NCBI GenBank assembly: GCA_050012135.1
Contig: JBEKHT010000006.1
Span: 1,798-65,797 of the forward strand
Direction: 5' to 3'
Origin: Anaerolineales bacterium
GTDB taxonomy: Bacteria > Chloroflexota > Anaerolineae > Anaerolineales > RBG-16-64-43
Length of the DNA: 64,000 bases
Both the position numbers and the translations under genes were made by a program. The notes beneath the pieces are model-generated. The model did not search any database and was not told where the DNA came from. It saw only the letters and a list, made by a program, of their open reading frames with translations. Below, piece by piece: positions 18,837 through 28,938 of the stretch; position 1 is the stretch's first letter, and each line of letters opens with the position of its first letter.

Positions 18837-20390
18837 ATGGGAAGACAACTGCGAGATCTCTTATCCGGATTGGCGGGGGTGGCTGCGGGAAGCCTCCCGG
18901 ATTGCCTCGTGACGGGGGTGGTGGAAGACTCTCGGCGCGTTCTACCCGGATCGCTGTTCGTCGCCATCCCCGGGTCCGGAGTAGACGGCCACCGGTTCAT
19001 CCCGCAGGCCATCCAGGCCGGGGCTTGTGCGGTGGTCGGGCAGGAGCCCATCGGGGATCTCGGCATTCCCTACGTTCGGGTTGCCGATTCCCGCCGGGCG
19101 CTCAGCATTCTCGCGGCGGGTTGGTGGGGATTCCCGGCCCGCAAGATGGTGATGATCGGCGTAACCGGAACGGACGGGAAGACCACAACCTGCAGCCTGA
19201 TCTTCGAGATTCTCAAGCAGGGGGGCGTCTCGGCCGGGATGATCAGTACCGTTCATGCTCGGATTGGCCGAGAGGTCGTGGACACGGGTTTTCATGTGAC
19301 GACTCCCGGGGCTCCGGGGCTCCAGGCCCTTCTGGCCCGCATGGTTCAGGCCGGGATAACCCATTGCGTGCTGGAAGTGACTTCCCATGCCCTCGCCCAA
19401 CGTCGGGTGGAAGCCTGTGAGTTCGACATCGGCGCGGTCACGAACATCACCCGAGAGCACCTTGACTACCACGGTTCGTTCGAGGCCTACCGTGAGGCAA
19501 AATCGGGCCTGTTGGCCGATCTGGCCAACAGCTCTCCCAAGCCATACGCCTACAGGAAGCTGGCGGTGCTCAACCGCGAGGATCCCTCGTTTGAATTCCT
19601 CCAATCCAGATCGACGGCTGAGGTGCTCTCCTACGGCAGGTCGGGTCTCAGCCAGGTTCGCGGGACCGACATAAGCCTTGGCCCGGCCGGCTTGCAGATG
19701 CAAGTCCAGTTCTTGGACACAAGATTCGCCCTTCAAAGCCCCTTGCTGGGCGCGTACAACGCGTTCAATATCCTGGCGGCGGTCGGGGTGACCGCAGGCG
19801 CGTTGGGCCTGCCCGGGGAGACGGTCGCCGAGGGGGTGCATGCCCTCCGGTCTGTGCCCGGACGAATGGAGCTCATCGACCTGGGCCAAGACTTCACGGC
19901 CATCGTGGATTTTGCCCACACCCCCAATGCCCTGAAGGCCGCCTTGGAAGCTGCCCGGGGCCTGACCACCGGCCGAGTGATCGCGGTGTTTGGCTCGGCG
20001 GGGGTGCGCGACCGTGAAAAGCGCGGCTCGATGGCCGGGATCTCGATCGACCTTGCCGACTTCACCCTGCTCACCGCGGAGGACCCTCGCACGGAAGAGG
20101 TGAAGGAGATCCTGGCGGAGATGGCATCCGGCGCTCGGGGGAGAGGTGGGGTGGAAGGGAAAGACTTCTGGAAGGTTCCGGACCGCTCCCAGGCGATCTT
20201 GTCGGCGGTGCAACTCGCGCAGCCCGGGGATCTGGTCATCGTCTGCGGAAAGGGACACGAGCAGTCCATGTGCTTCGGCGAAGTGGAATATCCCTGGGAT
20301 GATCGCCTCGCGCTGCGGGCGGCCATTGCCGAGCGTCTCCACCTGGAGGGCTGGCCGATGCCGCGTCTGCCAACCTGGGGGACCGGCTAG
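18837..20390 (+). CDS. murE: UDP-N-acetylmuramoyl-tripeptide synthetase
   Basis: GVTGTDGKTTT P-loop, LEVTSH, EHLDYH, VDFAHTP and GKGHE. Confidence 0.93.
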   Translation: MGRQLRDLLSGLAGVAAGSLPDCLVTGVVEDSRRVLPGSLFVAIPGSGVDGHRFIPQAIQAGACAVVGQEPIGDLGIPYVRVADSRRALSILAAGWWGFPARKMVMIGVTGTDGKTTTCSLIFEILKQGGVSAGMISTVHARIGREVVDTGFHVTTPGAPGLQALLARMVQAGITHCVLEVTSHALAQRRVEACEFDIGAVTNITREHLDYHGSFEAYREAKSGLLADLANSSPKPYAYRKLAVLNREDPSFEFLQSRSTAEVLSYGRSGLSQVRGTDISLGPAGLQMQVQFLDTRFALQSPLLGAYNAFNILAAVGVTAGALGLPGETVAEGVHALRSVPGRMELIDLGQDFTAIVDFAHTPNALKAALEAARGLTTGRVIAVFGSAGVRDREKRGSMAGISIDLADFTLLTAEDPRTEEVKEILAEMASGARGRGGVEGKDFWKVPDRSQAILSAVQLAQPGDLVIVCGKGHEQSMCFGEVEYPWDDRLALRAAIAERLHLEGWPMPRLPTWGTG

Positions 20391-20497
20391 GTTCCAAGCG
20401 CGAGCGGGCCGCGTCTCTCTCCCCGCATGGACCACCTTCGCGGGTCCGCTGAGGTGACCCGGCCTCGAAGGGAGGCTGTCGCCGGAATCCGAGTAAA

Positions 20498-20527
20498 TTG
20501 ACAGGGACCTTTCAGGTGTGATAAACT
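20498..20527 (+). promoter_or_regulatory. Sigma70-type promoter upstream of the SAM riboswitch
   Basis: TTGACA-18 nt-TAAACT with an extended TG. Confidence 0.55.
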
Positions 20528-20552
20528 CGCTCCACAATTGAACACTGTACGG

Positions 20553-20670
20553 CCCCCTTATCCAGAGAGGCGGAGGGACCGGCCCTGTGATGCCTCGGCA
20601 GCCTGTCGTCAAACCCTGGGCGATAAGGTGCTAATTCCGGCAGGACGGAATGTTCTGGAAGATAAGAGGC
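20553..20670 (+). ncRNA. SAM-I (S-box) riboswitch aptamer
   Basis: CTTATCCAGAGAGGCGGAGGGACCGGCCC...GCAGCC...GGTGCTAATTCC...GAAGATAAG matches the S-box consensus, with P1 CTTATC/GATAAG; lies directly upstream of a SAM synthetase. Confidence 0.93.
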
Positions 20671-20687
20671 GGTGCTGTCGCATGAGA

Positions 20688-20726
20688 TCGCGCCCCTCTT
20701 ATGAATTGGGGCGCGAACCTTTTCTT
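20688..20726 (+). terminator. Riboswitch expression-platform intrinsic terminator
   Basis: Stem TCGCGCCCC/GGGGCGCGA followed by CTTTTCTT; its CCTCTTAT segment is complementary to ATAAGAGG of the P1 3' strand, forming the antiterminator. Confidence 0.8.
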
Positions 20727-20738
20727 CATGGAGGCGGC

Positions 20739-21926
20739 ATGGAAAGGAACATCGTGGTCACCGAGACCAACGGGCGGTTTATTGAGGATATTCCGGTAGA
20801 AATCGTCGAGCGCAAGGGCATTGGCCACCCGGACTCGCTCTGTGACGGAATCGCCGAGCGGATTTCCGTCGAATACACGCGCTGGTGCGAGGCGAATCTG
20901 GGACTTCCCCTGCACCACAACTTCGACAAGGTGCAGCTGGTGGCGGGTGATGTCCAAGTTGGTTTCGGCTATGGCGAGCTCCTGCGACCGATCCGGATTC
21001 AGATCGCCGGGCGTGGCACCCCTGAGTACAAAGGTCGCAAAATCCCGGTGGACGCCCTGGCCATCCAGGCGGCCAAGACTCATGTTCGCGAGACAATGCG
21101 CTACCTGGATCCGGAGAAACACATGGTCGTGGACTGCTATGCGGGACGAGGATCTGGCGAGCTGATGCACACCGTGGAGGAGGTGCGGGCAAATGATACT
21201 TCCTTCGGCTGTGCCCACTGGCCGCGATCCAATGTGGAAACCGCCGTGTTTGAGTCGGCGCAGTATTTGAACTATGAGCTGATCAACCAGTTCCCGATTG
21301 GCGAAGACGTGAAGGTGATGGGCATGCGCCGGGGCGACGACATCCTGCTGACCTGCGCCGTTCCATTCATCGGGCCCCAGGTGAAGGACCTGACCGAGTA
21401 CCTGGAAGCCAAGCGCAGCGTACAGGAATCGGTACAAGCCTTTGCCCAGAAGCTGACCCAGCGGCGGCGGATGAAGGTGGATGTCAACATGGCCGACAAT
21501 GATGAGACCGGCGAGGCCTACCTGACCCTCACCGGAACTTCGGCGGAGATGGGCGATGACGGATCGGTCGGTCGGGGGAATCGAGTCACCGGGCTCATCA
21601 CGCCGTTCCGCAGCGCCTCCCTGGAGGCGGCCGCGGGCAAGAATCCGATCTCTCATGTGGGCAAGATCTACAACGTTCTCTCTCTGCTGGCGGCCCAGGA
21701 GATTGTCGCGAAAGTGCCGAGTGCAAAGGAGGCGAGCGTCTACATCCTCTCCCAGATCGGGCACCCTCTGGATCAGCCTCTCATCTGCACCGCAAGCATT
21801 ACCTCGTCCAATGGCACCGTTTCCGAAGCGGACCGCAAGAAGGTCACCGAGATCCTGAATGAACGGCTGGTGAACGTGCATCAGGTGCGCGAACTGATCG
21901 CGAATCGCCAGGTGATGCTGTACTGA
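20739..21926 (+). CDS. mat: Methionine adenosyltransferase, archaeal type
   Basis: [41 protein letters not shown] and [14 protein letters not shown] are archaeal-class MAT motifs; ATG follows GGAGG. Confidence 0.93.
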   Translation: MERNIVVTETNGRFIEDIPVEIVERKGIGHPDSLCDGIAERISVEYTRWCEANLGLPLHHNFDKVQLVAGDVQVGFGYGELLRPIRIQIAGRGTPEYKGRKIPVDALAIQAAKTHVRETMRYLDPEKHMVVDCYAGRGSGELMHTVEEVRANDTSFGCAHWPRSNVETAVFESAQYLNYELINQFPIGEDVKVMGMRRGDDILLTCAVPFIGPQVKDLTEYLEAKRSVQESVQAFAQKLTQRRRMKVDVNMADNDETGEAYLTLTGTSAEMGDDGSVGRGNRVTGLITPFRSASLEAAAGKNPISHVGKIYNVLSLLAAQEIVAKVPSAKEASVYILSQIGHPLDQPLICTASITSSNGTVSEADRKKVTEILNERLVNVHQVRELIANRQVMLY

Positions 21927-23034
21927 TCCCTTGACCGGACGTCCTGCCCGCCGAGCCCCCCAGTCCGCCGCTCCAATGACCGGCCTCCTCCGCGGGGAAA
22001 TGCCCTCGGGTCAGCCCGTTCGCGGGAGCCGGGCATGTCCTCCCCGCCAGCTGGCCCACCGGGGTCGGTTGGACTTGGTTGGGACAACCCCGGCAGTTCT
22101 TGCTGAGGCTCGGCCGATTTCTGATCCCCGTCCTGAGTCCGGCGCGGAGGAACCCATCTTCCGGGAGTCAGCCCGAGCGGCGCCCTCGCCTCAGCGGGGC
22201 GGGTGGACGGGTTACCTCCTTCCTGGCCATCAGGGCGCAGGCAGGGGCTCGTGCGGGCGTGGGGCCACGGACGGCTTTTCCAACCCCCTCTGCCAGCAGA
22301 GCCAGGCCTGGATTTCGCCGCGCCTCTCCGAAGACGCTGGGATTTCGAAAAACTGCTGCGTCTTGGTGGCAGGCTCACTCAACTGGAGCGGGACCAGCGA
22401 GTCGTGATCCGAGTGCCATTTGCGGCCTCCGCCATCCTCGGCTAGCAGTAGCAGCCGGTGATTTGGTTGATGAGCTCTGCCCGCCTGAGATCGGGGCGCT
22501 GCACCAGACCGCCTTCCTGGCCGGTTTCGCGGTCCTGGCTTGGCTCCAAATACCCCTTCCGTTTCCAGATGAGGCGAAAGCCGAAGTATGCAAGGACCAG
22601 AACCCCCCTGGGAGGACGTTTCTCTTGGGTAGGGGTGATGGGCGTTGCGATCTGGGAGACGACAAGGTGTGTTCCTGGGATTTGCGCGGCCTGGAGCGCC
22701 TTCTCCCGCGCGAGCAGCACGGCTGACTCCAGTCAGAAGACTCGACGGGTCTCCACCGAGGCCGGGGCAACTCCGACTGTCAAACCGCGATCCGTGCGGG
22801 ATCGTGGAAGGCAATCGGCCCTTCCCGGGCCCGCAAGGGGGAAATGCCTTCTGTACAAACAGTGAGATCCGCCCAAGTGGGCGGATCTAGGCGAACAGGG
22901 TTGAGGCTGGGAACCTAGGAAGCCCCCCGCGTTCCGGCGAATCCACCGGGGCCGATCCCCCAGCCCGTCAAGCCGAATTGGCAAACTGGCAAGGTTCCGC
23001 CCCCGCGGCCAGCCCGTCGACAGGGCCCTGGCCT

Positions 23035-23223
23035 CTAGGCCTTGAGAATGCAGTCGACTGGGCAAACGGAGACGCAATGCGGGGAGTCGTAGTGGCCCTG
23101 GCACTCGACGCAGGTCTCAGCATTGATCAGGTAAACGGTGTCACCTTCCGAGATCGATTTTGTTGGGCACTCCGGCTCGCAAGCACCACACGAGATGCAT
23201 TCCTCGGTAATTCTCATGGCCAT
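23035..23223 (-). CDS. 2x[4Fe-4S] ferredoxin (YfhL-like)
   Basis: CISCGACEPECP and CVEC...CVSVCPVDC; 62 aa. Confidence 0.9.
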   Translation of the reverse strand: MAMRITEECISCGACEPECPTKSISEGDTVYLINAETCVECQGHYDSPHCVSVCPVDCILKA

Positions 23224-23525
23224 GGGGTCCGCCTCGTCCGCTGGAATTGGATATTTCCCACAAAGGCTAACCCCATTCAGATTTCGCCTCAATTGACGAA
23301 TCTAACCCCCTGGGGCTGCCAACCGGCAGGACCCGTGAGAGCTGCGGCTCGGCCAGTTTTCCGGGCCGCCCCCAGGGGCAGGCTCGGGGCCCGATTCGGT
23401 GGGTCCCGGGGCCATGGCCCGCGAAGGGATTCGACGGGGAAGAACGGGAAATCAAGAAAGCGCTTGGGGGTCCCTCCCAGTTCTTGAGACCTCCATGCGC
23501 CCTTGGTCGATGCGCCCTGTTCAGG

Positions 23526-23597
<72 letters not shown>

Positions 23598-23612
23598 TGG
23601 GGTCGTTCTCAG

Positions 23613-23684
23613 AGCGGGCGAGGGGATTCGAACCCCCGATCTTCTCCTTGGCAAGGAGACGTTCTGCCGCTGAACCACGCCCGC
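23613..23684 (-). tRNA. tRNA-Gly(GCC)
   Basis: GCGGGCGTGGTTCAGCGG...TTGCCAA...GGTTCGAATCC. Confidence 0.95.
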
Positions 23685-23707
23685 AGGGTGACACAGATCA
23701 GGCCCAG

Positions 23708-23780
23708 TGCCGAGACCCAGAATCGAACTGGGGACACCGCGATTTTCAGTCGCGTGCTCTACCAACTGAGCTATCTCGGC
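23708..23780 (-). tRNA. tRNA-Phe(GAA)
   Basis: GCCGAGATAGCTCAGTTGGTAGAGC...CTGAAAA...GTTCGATTC. Confidence 0.96.
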
Positions 23781-23818
23781 GTGGTTTTGCCTCGGGTCTC
23801 TTTCTGTTGGGCGCTGTG

Positions 23819-23848
23819 ATTGTACCCATCCCCGGCGTGGATTGTCAA
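23819..23848 (-). promoter_or_regulatory. Sigma70 promoter for the tRNA Phe-Gly-Cys cluster
   Basis: Minus strand TTGACA-18 nt-TACAAT about 40 nt upstream of tRNA-Phe. Confidence 0.65.
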
Positions 23849-24078
23849 GCGAAGAGGGGCCCGGTGGCGCCTGCTGCCCGTGTTGGACCCAGGGCCGGGG
23901 ACGGCGGCTTGTCCGATCGCGAGGGCTTGTGATATCATCCTACAAAGGCTGGGAGAAAAGATACTCCCAGTCCGCGTTTACGTCTGGACCCGCAGGTCCG
24001 TGAAGGGGCGGCGAGAGGAAGCCGTGCGACCGCCGCCTGCGAGTCTTGACGCACCCACCAAGGGGAGCCAGACGGCCT

Positions 24079-24546
24079 ATGAGTGATCAGCCCACATTCC
24101 TCACGCGTGAGGGCCTGAGGAAGCTTGAAGAAGAGCTGGAGCACCTGCGCACCGTGCGGCGCGCCGAGGTTGCGGAGCGCCTGCACGACGCGATGGAGGG
24201 AGGCGAGCTCATCGAGAACGCGGAGTACGAAAGCGCCAAGAACGAGCAGGCCTTCGTGGAGGGTCGCATCTTGACGTTGGAGGCCATCCTCAGCAACGCG
24301 GTCCTGATCGAGGAGGGGGGGCCAGAAGAGGTCGTGCATGTCGGCAGCACGGTGACCATCCAGGAGGAGAACCAGCCACAGGAAACCTACACCATCGTGG
24401 GCGCAGCCGAGGCCAATCCCAAGCAGGGCCGCATCTCGAACGAGTCTCCCTTGGGACAGGCCCTCCTGGGCCGCAAACCGGGGGACGAGGTGCGGGTCAA
24501 CGCGCCGGCGGGAGTCCTGAACTTCCACATTTTGAAGATCCAGTAG
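24079..24546 (+). CDS. greA: Transcription elongation factor GreA
   Basis: LTREGLRKLEEEL, ENAEY, EQAFVEGRI and ISNESPLGQALLG. Confidence 0.95.
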   Translation: MSDQPTFLTREGLRKLEEELEHLRTVRRAEVAERLHDAMEGGELIENAEYESAKNEQAFVEGRILTLEAILSNAVLIEEGGPEEVVHVGSTVTIQEENQPQETYTIVGAAEANPKQGRISNESPLGQALLGRKPGDEVRVNAPAGVLNFHILKIQ

Positions 24547-24636
24547 TCCTCGGACGAGAAAACCCAGCGCGGGGCAAGCCCTTTTGGTTCCATCGGCCGG
24601 GGCTTTCCTATCTACCTGCGCGCGGAGCCAGATGGC

Positions 24637-26142
24637 ATGCGTGAGCTTACTGAACTCGAGAGATCCAGGCTCGCCAAGCTGGAGCAGTTGCGCGCACTTG
24701 GAATTGAGCCCTACCCACGCAGTGCGCATCGAACGCATTCCACCAGCCAGGCGCGGCGCGCGTTCGCTGAGGCTCCCAAGGAGGCCAAGGTCGAAGCAAC
24801 CTTGGTGGGTCGGCTGCGGGCCGTGCGCGACATGGGCAAGACGATTTTCGCCCACCTCGAAGACGGCGAGGGGCGCCTTCAAATCTATCTGCGCAGGGAC
24901 GAACTCGGGACGGGCGCGCTCAAGAACTTCGTCGACCTCTATGATTTGGGGGACTTCATCGAGGCCCGCGGCTACCTGTTCGCCACCCGCACCGGCGAAA
25001 CCACGTTGCACGTGCAAGAAGTTCGTATGCTCGCCAAGTCGATCACGCCGCTCCCGGCCCAAAAAGAGGAAGTGGTCGAGGGCAGGCAAGTTGTGCATTC
25101 CGCTTTCGACAACCCGGAGGCACGCTATCGCCAGCGCTATGCGGACTTGGCGGTCAACGCCGGGGTCCGGGAGATCTTCCGCACCCGCGCCCGAATTGTC
25201 ACGGCCGTTCGCAATTTCCTTGATGATCACGGCTTCATCGAAGTCGAGACACCCATCCTGCAGCCGACCTACGGCGGGGCGGCAGCCAAGCCATTTCTCA
25301 CCCACCACAACCAGCTGCACCAGGATCTCTATCTACGGATCTCCTTCGAGCTCTACCTGAAGCGGCTTCTCGTCGGGGGCTATGAGCGCGTATACGAACT
25401 GGGGCGGGACTTCCGAAATGAGGGGGTCTCCTTCAAACACAACCCTGAATTCACCATGCTTGAATTCTACTGGGCCTACGCGGACTATCGGGACGTCATG
25501 GAACTGACCGAAGAGCTGGTCTCTCAGGTTGCCCGCAAGGTGCTCGGGCGCACTACCCTCAGCTACCAGGGGCAGGCCATCGACCTTGCCCCTCCGTGGA
25601 CCCGCCTCGAACTGCGCCAGGCCATCCGCGACGCCTCCGGGATCGATATCGAGGATTGCCCGACCGCCGCATCGCTCGCCGAGGAAATGCGGTCCCGGGG
25701 TCACCCCCCACAGGAAGGTGCGAGTCGCGGCAAGCTGATCGAAAGCTTGCTGGGCCACACGGTCGAGCCAAAACTGGTCCAGCCGACTTTCGTCTATGAC
25801 TATCCGCGCGACATTTCCCCCCTGGCCAAAAGCAAGCCCGGAGATCCGGCTACCGTGGAACGCTTCGAGGGCTTTGTGGGTGGAATGGAACTCTGCAACG
25901 CGTTCACCGAGCTGAATGATCCCATCGATCAGGAGCTGCGCTTCGCGGAAATGGGACGGACCTATGCCGCCGAGGATGAAGAGCGCAACCCGCTGGATGA
26001 GGACTATCTGGACGCGCTACGCTACGGGATGCCCCCCAGCGGCGGCTTCGGAATGGGAATCGACCGGCTGACCATGCTGCTGACGGATCAATCCACGATC
26101 CGCGAGGTGGTCCTCTTCCCCCACTTGCGAGCTCGCGACTAA
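24637..26142 (+). CDS. lysS: Lysyl-tRNA synthetase (class II)
   Basis: YRQRYADL, EVETPILQ, FRNEG, HNPEFTMLE and GMGIDRL. Confidence 0.97.
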   Translation: MRELTELERSRLAKLEQLRALGIEPYPRSAHRTHSTSQARRAFAEAPKEAKVEATLVGRLRAVRDMGKTIFAHLEDGEGRLQIYLRRDELGTGALKNFVDLYDLGDFIEARGYLFATRTGETTLHVQEVRMLAKSITPLPAQKEEVVEGRQVVHSAFDNPEARYRQRYADLAVNAGVREIFRTRARIVTAVRNFLDDHGFIEVETPILQPTYGGAAAKPFLTHHNQLHQDLYLRISFELYLKRLLVGGYERVYELGRDFRNEGVSFKHNPEFTMLEFYWAYADYRDVMELTEELVSQVARKVLGRTTLSYQGQAIDLAPPWTRLELRQAIRDASGIDIEDCPTAASLAEEMRSRGHPPQEGASRGKLIESLLGHTVEPKLVQPTFVYDYPRDISPLAKSKPGDPATVERFEGFVGGMELCNAFTELNDPIDQELRFAEMGRTYAAEDEERNPLDEDYLDALRYGMPPSGGFGMGIDRLTMLLTDQSTIREVVLFPHLRARD

Positions 26143-26388
26143 TTGCTCTTCCCCAGCCTGGCGGGAATCCGACACCCTCCTACGGCCAGCGGAGACGCAG
26201 ACCGCCATTTGCGGGCGAGCCCCCGATGTTTCCTGTGGTCCTGACGGATCCATCCCCTTCGGGCGCACGGCTGTGGGCATTGCCCCCGGCTGGAGGACGG
26301 GTTCGGCGAAGCGGTTCGTTTTGGTAGAATGCGCCTGGCCGGGTTCCAGCAACGCACAATTGGGACCCGGTCGCAAGGGCGGAGTGAC

Positions 26389-27333
26389 GTGGCTGAGCGA
26401 TGGCAGGTCTTGATCACCGATCGCCTGGAAGCATTGGCCGTCCAGATACTTGAGCCGTTTGCCCAGGTCGAATGGCGTCCTGGGATTGACGGGGCGCTGT
26501 TGCTTAAGGCGCTGGCCAAGGCCGACGGGCTCATTGTGAGGGGACGTATGCAGGTCACCGCAGACCGGATCGCGGCTGCGCCTCGCCTCAAGGTCATCGG
26601 GCGGGCCGGTGTCGGTCTTGACAATATTGACCTGCCTGCGGCGACCGAGCGCGGCATCATCGTCGTGAATTCTCCGGCCGCAACCACGGTGGCTGTTGCC
26701 GAACACACCCTCGGGCTGATGTTCGCCCTCGCCCGCCAGATTCCCCGAGCCGACGCGGGATTGCGTCGAGGAAGATGGCTCAAAGAGAAGATCCGCGGGA
26801 TTGAGCTGCAGGGCAAGTCTCTCGGCCTGGTTGGCCTGGGCCGCATCGGGTTGGCCGTGGCACAGCGAGCCAGCGCGCTGGGCATGCGCTGCCTTGGTTA
26901 CGATCCCCTCTACCCGAGCCTTTCGCCGCCTCCCGGTGAGGTGGAGCTGGTTGCCCTCGAGACGCTTCTGGGGCAGGCGGATTTCGTCAGCCTCCATGTT
27001 CCCCTTTCGGCCCAGACGCGCGGAATGCTCGACGCGGCCCGTCTCAAGCTGATGAAGCCGGAGGCATTTCTGATTTGCACCGCGCGGGGCGGCCTGATCG
27101 ATGAGCGCGCCTTGCTCACCGCCCTCAACTCGGGGAAGCTTGCGGGGGCGGGCCTCGACGTGTTCGCCGAAGAACCCCCGGGCCGGGATCCCCTTTTGTC
27201 GCATGAGCTTGTGGTAGCGACCCCCCATGTCGCCGGCCAGACGATCGAGTCTCAGGAGAGAGCGGCCCGAGATGTGGCCGAAGAGGTCCTGGCTGTCTTG
27301 CGAGGGCAGAACCCACGCTGGAGAGCCAATTGA
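26389..27333 (+). CDS. D-isomer-specific 2-hydroxyacid / phosphoglycerate dehydrogenase (short form, no ACT domain)
   Basis: RAGVGLDNID, GLGRIG, ARGGLIDE, LDVFAEEP and TPHVAG. Confidence 0.88.
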   Translation: MAERWQVLITDRLEALAVQILEPFAQVEWRPGIDGALLLKALAKADGLIVRGRMQVTADRIAAAPRLKVIGRAGVGLDNIDLPAATERGIIVVNSPAATTVAVAEHTLGLMFALARQIPRADAGLRRGRWLKEKIRGIELQGKSLGLVGLGRIGLAVAQRASALGMRCLGYDPLYPSLSPPPGEVELVALETLLGQADFVSLHVPLSAQTRGMLDAARLKLMKPEAFLICTARGGLIDERALLTALNSGKLAGAGLDVFAEEPPGRDPLLSHELVVATPHVAGQTIESQERAARDVAEEVLAVLRGQNPRWRAN

Positions 27334-27356
27334 ACATCCCCGCACAGGGAGGGAGA

Positions 27357-28859
27357 ATGGCAAGGGCATTGAATCAATTGCGAGAACAGATGGCCGAAGT
27401 GGCCGATCTGCAGGCGGCCTCCGCGCTGCTGGACTGGGATCACCAGACCTATATGCCGCCCGGGGCCGCGGAGGCCCGAGCTCAGCAGATGGCAACTATC
27501 GACCGGCTTGCTCACCAGCAGCTTACCTCCGACTCCATCGGAGAGCTCTTGCAGACGGCGCAATCCGAAGTGGAAGGACTGGACCTGGATTCGAACGAGG
27601 CCCGTCTGGTGAAGGTGACTCAACGCGACTTTGACCGGGAGAGGCGGATCCCCTCGCGCTGGGTTTCGGAATTCTCGCAAGCCACCGCTCTAGCGCATCA
27701 AATCTGGCAAGAGGCCCGGGGGACTTCCGACTTCAGCAAGTTTGAGCCCAGCCTGGAGAGGATTGTCGGGTTGCGCCAGGAGTACGCCAGCTTCTTCGAG
27801 CCGTACGAGTCGATTTACGACCCCCTGTTTGAGGCTTTTGAGCCGGGGATGAAAACCGCGCAGATCCGGGCCGTTTTCGCGGAGCTGCGGCCCGCCCTCG
27901 TAGACTTGGTGCAAAGAATTGCCGAACGAGCAGATCGGGTCGATGATTCATTCCTGCACGGCAAGTTCGAGGACGCCCCTCAGTGGGAATTCGGACTCGA
28001 GGTCTTGCAGCGCATGGGCTACGACTTTCAACGCGGACGCCAGGACCGGTCGGCTCATCCCTTCACCACCTCCTTCTCCAACGACGATGTGCGCATCACG
28101 ACCCGCGTGGAGGGGGAGCTCCTTACCTCAGCGCTGTTCAGCAGCATTCACGAAGGCGGGCATGCGCTCTACGAGCAAGGTGTCGATCCCCAGTTGCAGC
28201 GCTCCCCCCTAGCCGGCGGCGCCTCCCTGAGCCTTCATGAGTCGCAGTCTCGTCTTTGGGAGAACCTGGTGGGGCGTAGCCGGCCCTTCTGGAGGTTCTT
28301 CTTCCCCGAACTGAAGGAGCGCTTTGGGCAGCTGCGCAACGTCTCCCTGGAGGATTTCTACCGCGCCGTCAACCGGGTGAGGCCTTCGCTGATCCGAGTC
28401 GACGCGGATGAGGTTACCTACAATCTCCATATCATGGTGCGCTTCGAGCTGGAGCAGGAGCTGCTGGAGGGGAGGGTGCGGGTGAAGGACCTTCCGCCTG
28501 CCTGGAACCAAAAGATGAACGAGTATCTGGGGATTGTCCCCCCCAATGATGCCCAAGGAATCCTCCAGGATGTGCATTGGTCCGGAGGCGCGATTGGCTA
28601 CTTTCCCACCTACACCCTGGGGAACTTGATCTCCGTGGAGTTCTACCAAAGTGCCTTGCGGGATTGCCCTCAGATCTGGGCGGAGATGGAGCAGGGCAGG
28701 TTTGATTCATTGCTTGACTGGCTGCGCCAGCACGTGCACATCTTTGGCCGCAAGTTCGAGCCGCTAGAACTCCTCCGGCGCGCAACCGGCCAGGAATTGA
28801 GCCCCCAGCCCTATCTGAGTTACCTGCACGAGAAGTTCACCGAGATCTACCAACTTTAA
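27357..28859 (+). CDS. Carboxypeptidase, M32 (Taq) family
   Basis: HPFTT, DVRITTR, HEGGH (HExxH), HESQS, IRVDADE and QDVHW. Confidence 0.95.
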   Translation: MARALNQLREQMAEVADLQAASALLDWDHQTYMPPGAAEARAQQMATIDRLAHQQLTSDSIGELLQTAQSEVEGLDLDSNEARLVKVTQRDFDRERRIPSRWVSEFSQATALAHQIWQEARGTSDFSKFEPSLERIVGLRQEYASFFEPYESIYDPLFEAFEPGMKTAQIRAVFAELRPALVDLVQRIAERADRVDDSFLHGKFEDAPQWEFGLEVLQRMGYDFQRGRQDRSAHPFTTSFSNDDVRITTRVEGELLTSALFSSIHEGGHALYEQGVDPQLQRSPLAGGASLSLHESQSRLWENLVGRSRPFWRFFFPELKERFGQLRNVSLEDFYRAVNRVRPSLIRVDADEVTYNLHIMVRFELEQELLEGRVRVKDLPPAWNQKMNEYLGIVPPNDAQGILQDVHWSGGAIGYFPTYTLGNLISVEFYQSALRDCPQIWAEMEQGRFDSLLDWLRQHVHIFGRKFEPLELLRRATGQELSPQPYLSYLHEKFTEIYQL

Positions 28860-28938
28860 CTCTCGCCGGAGCCCGGGAACTGCCGAGCCGCCTCATGAGC
28901 CAGCCAATAGGACTCGGCCTCCCCAGGCGGAATCGACC

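Noticed and set aside
18942-20612. Long antisense ORFs (e.g. 18942..20612, 12195..13622, 23935..25320, 26017..27495, 63015..63983)
   Set aside because: They are shadows of well-supported genes on the opposite strand, expected at high GC, and carry no motifs.
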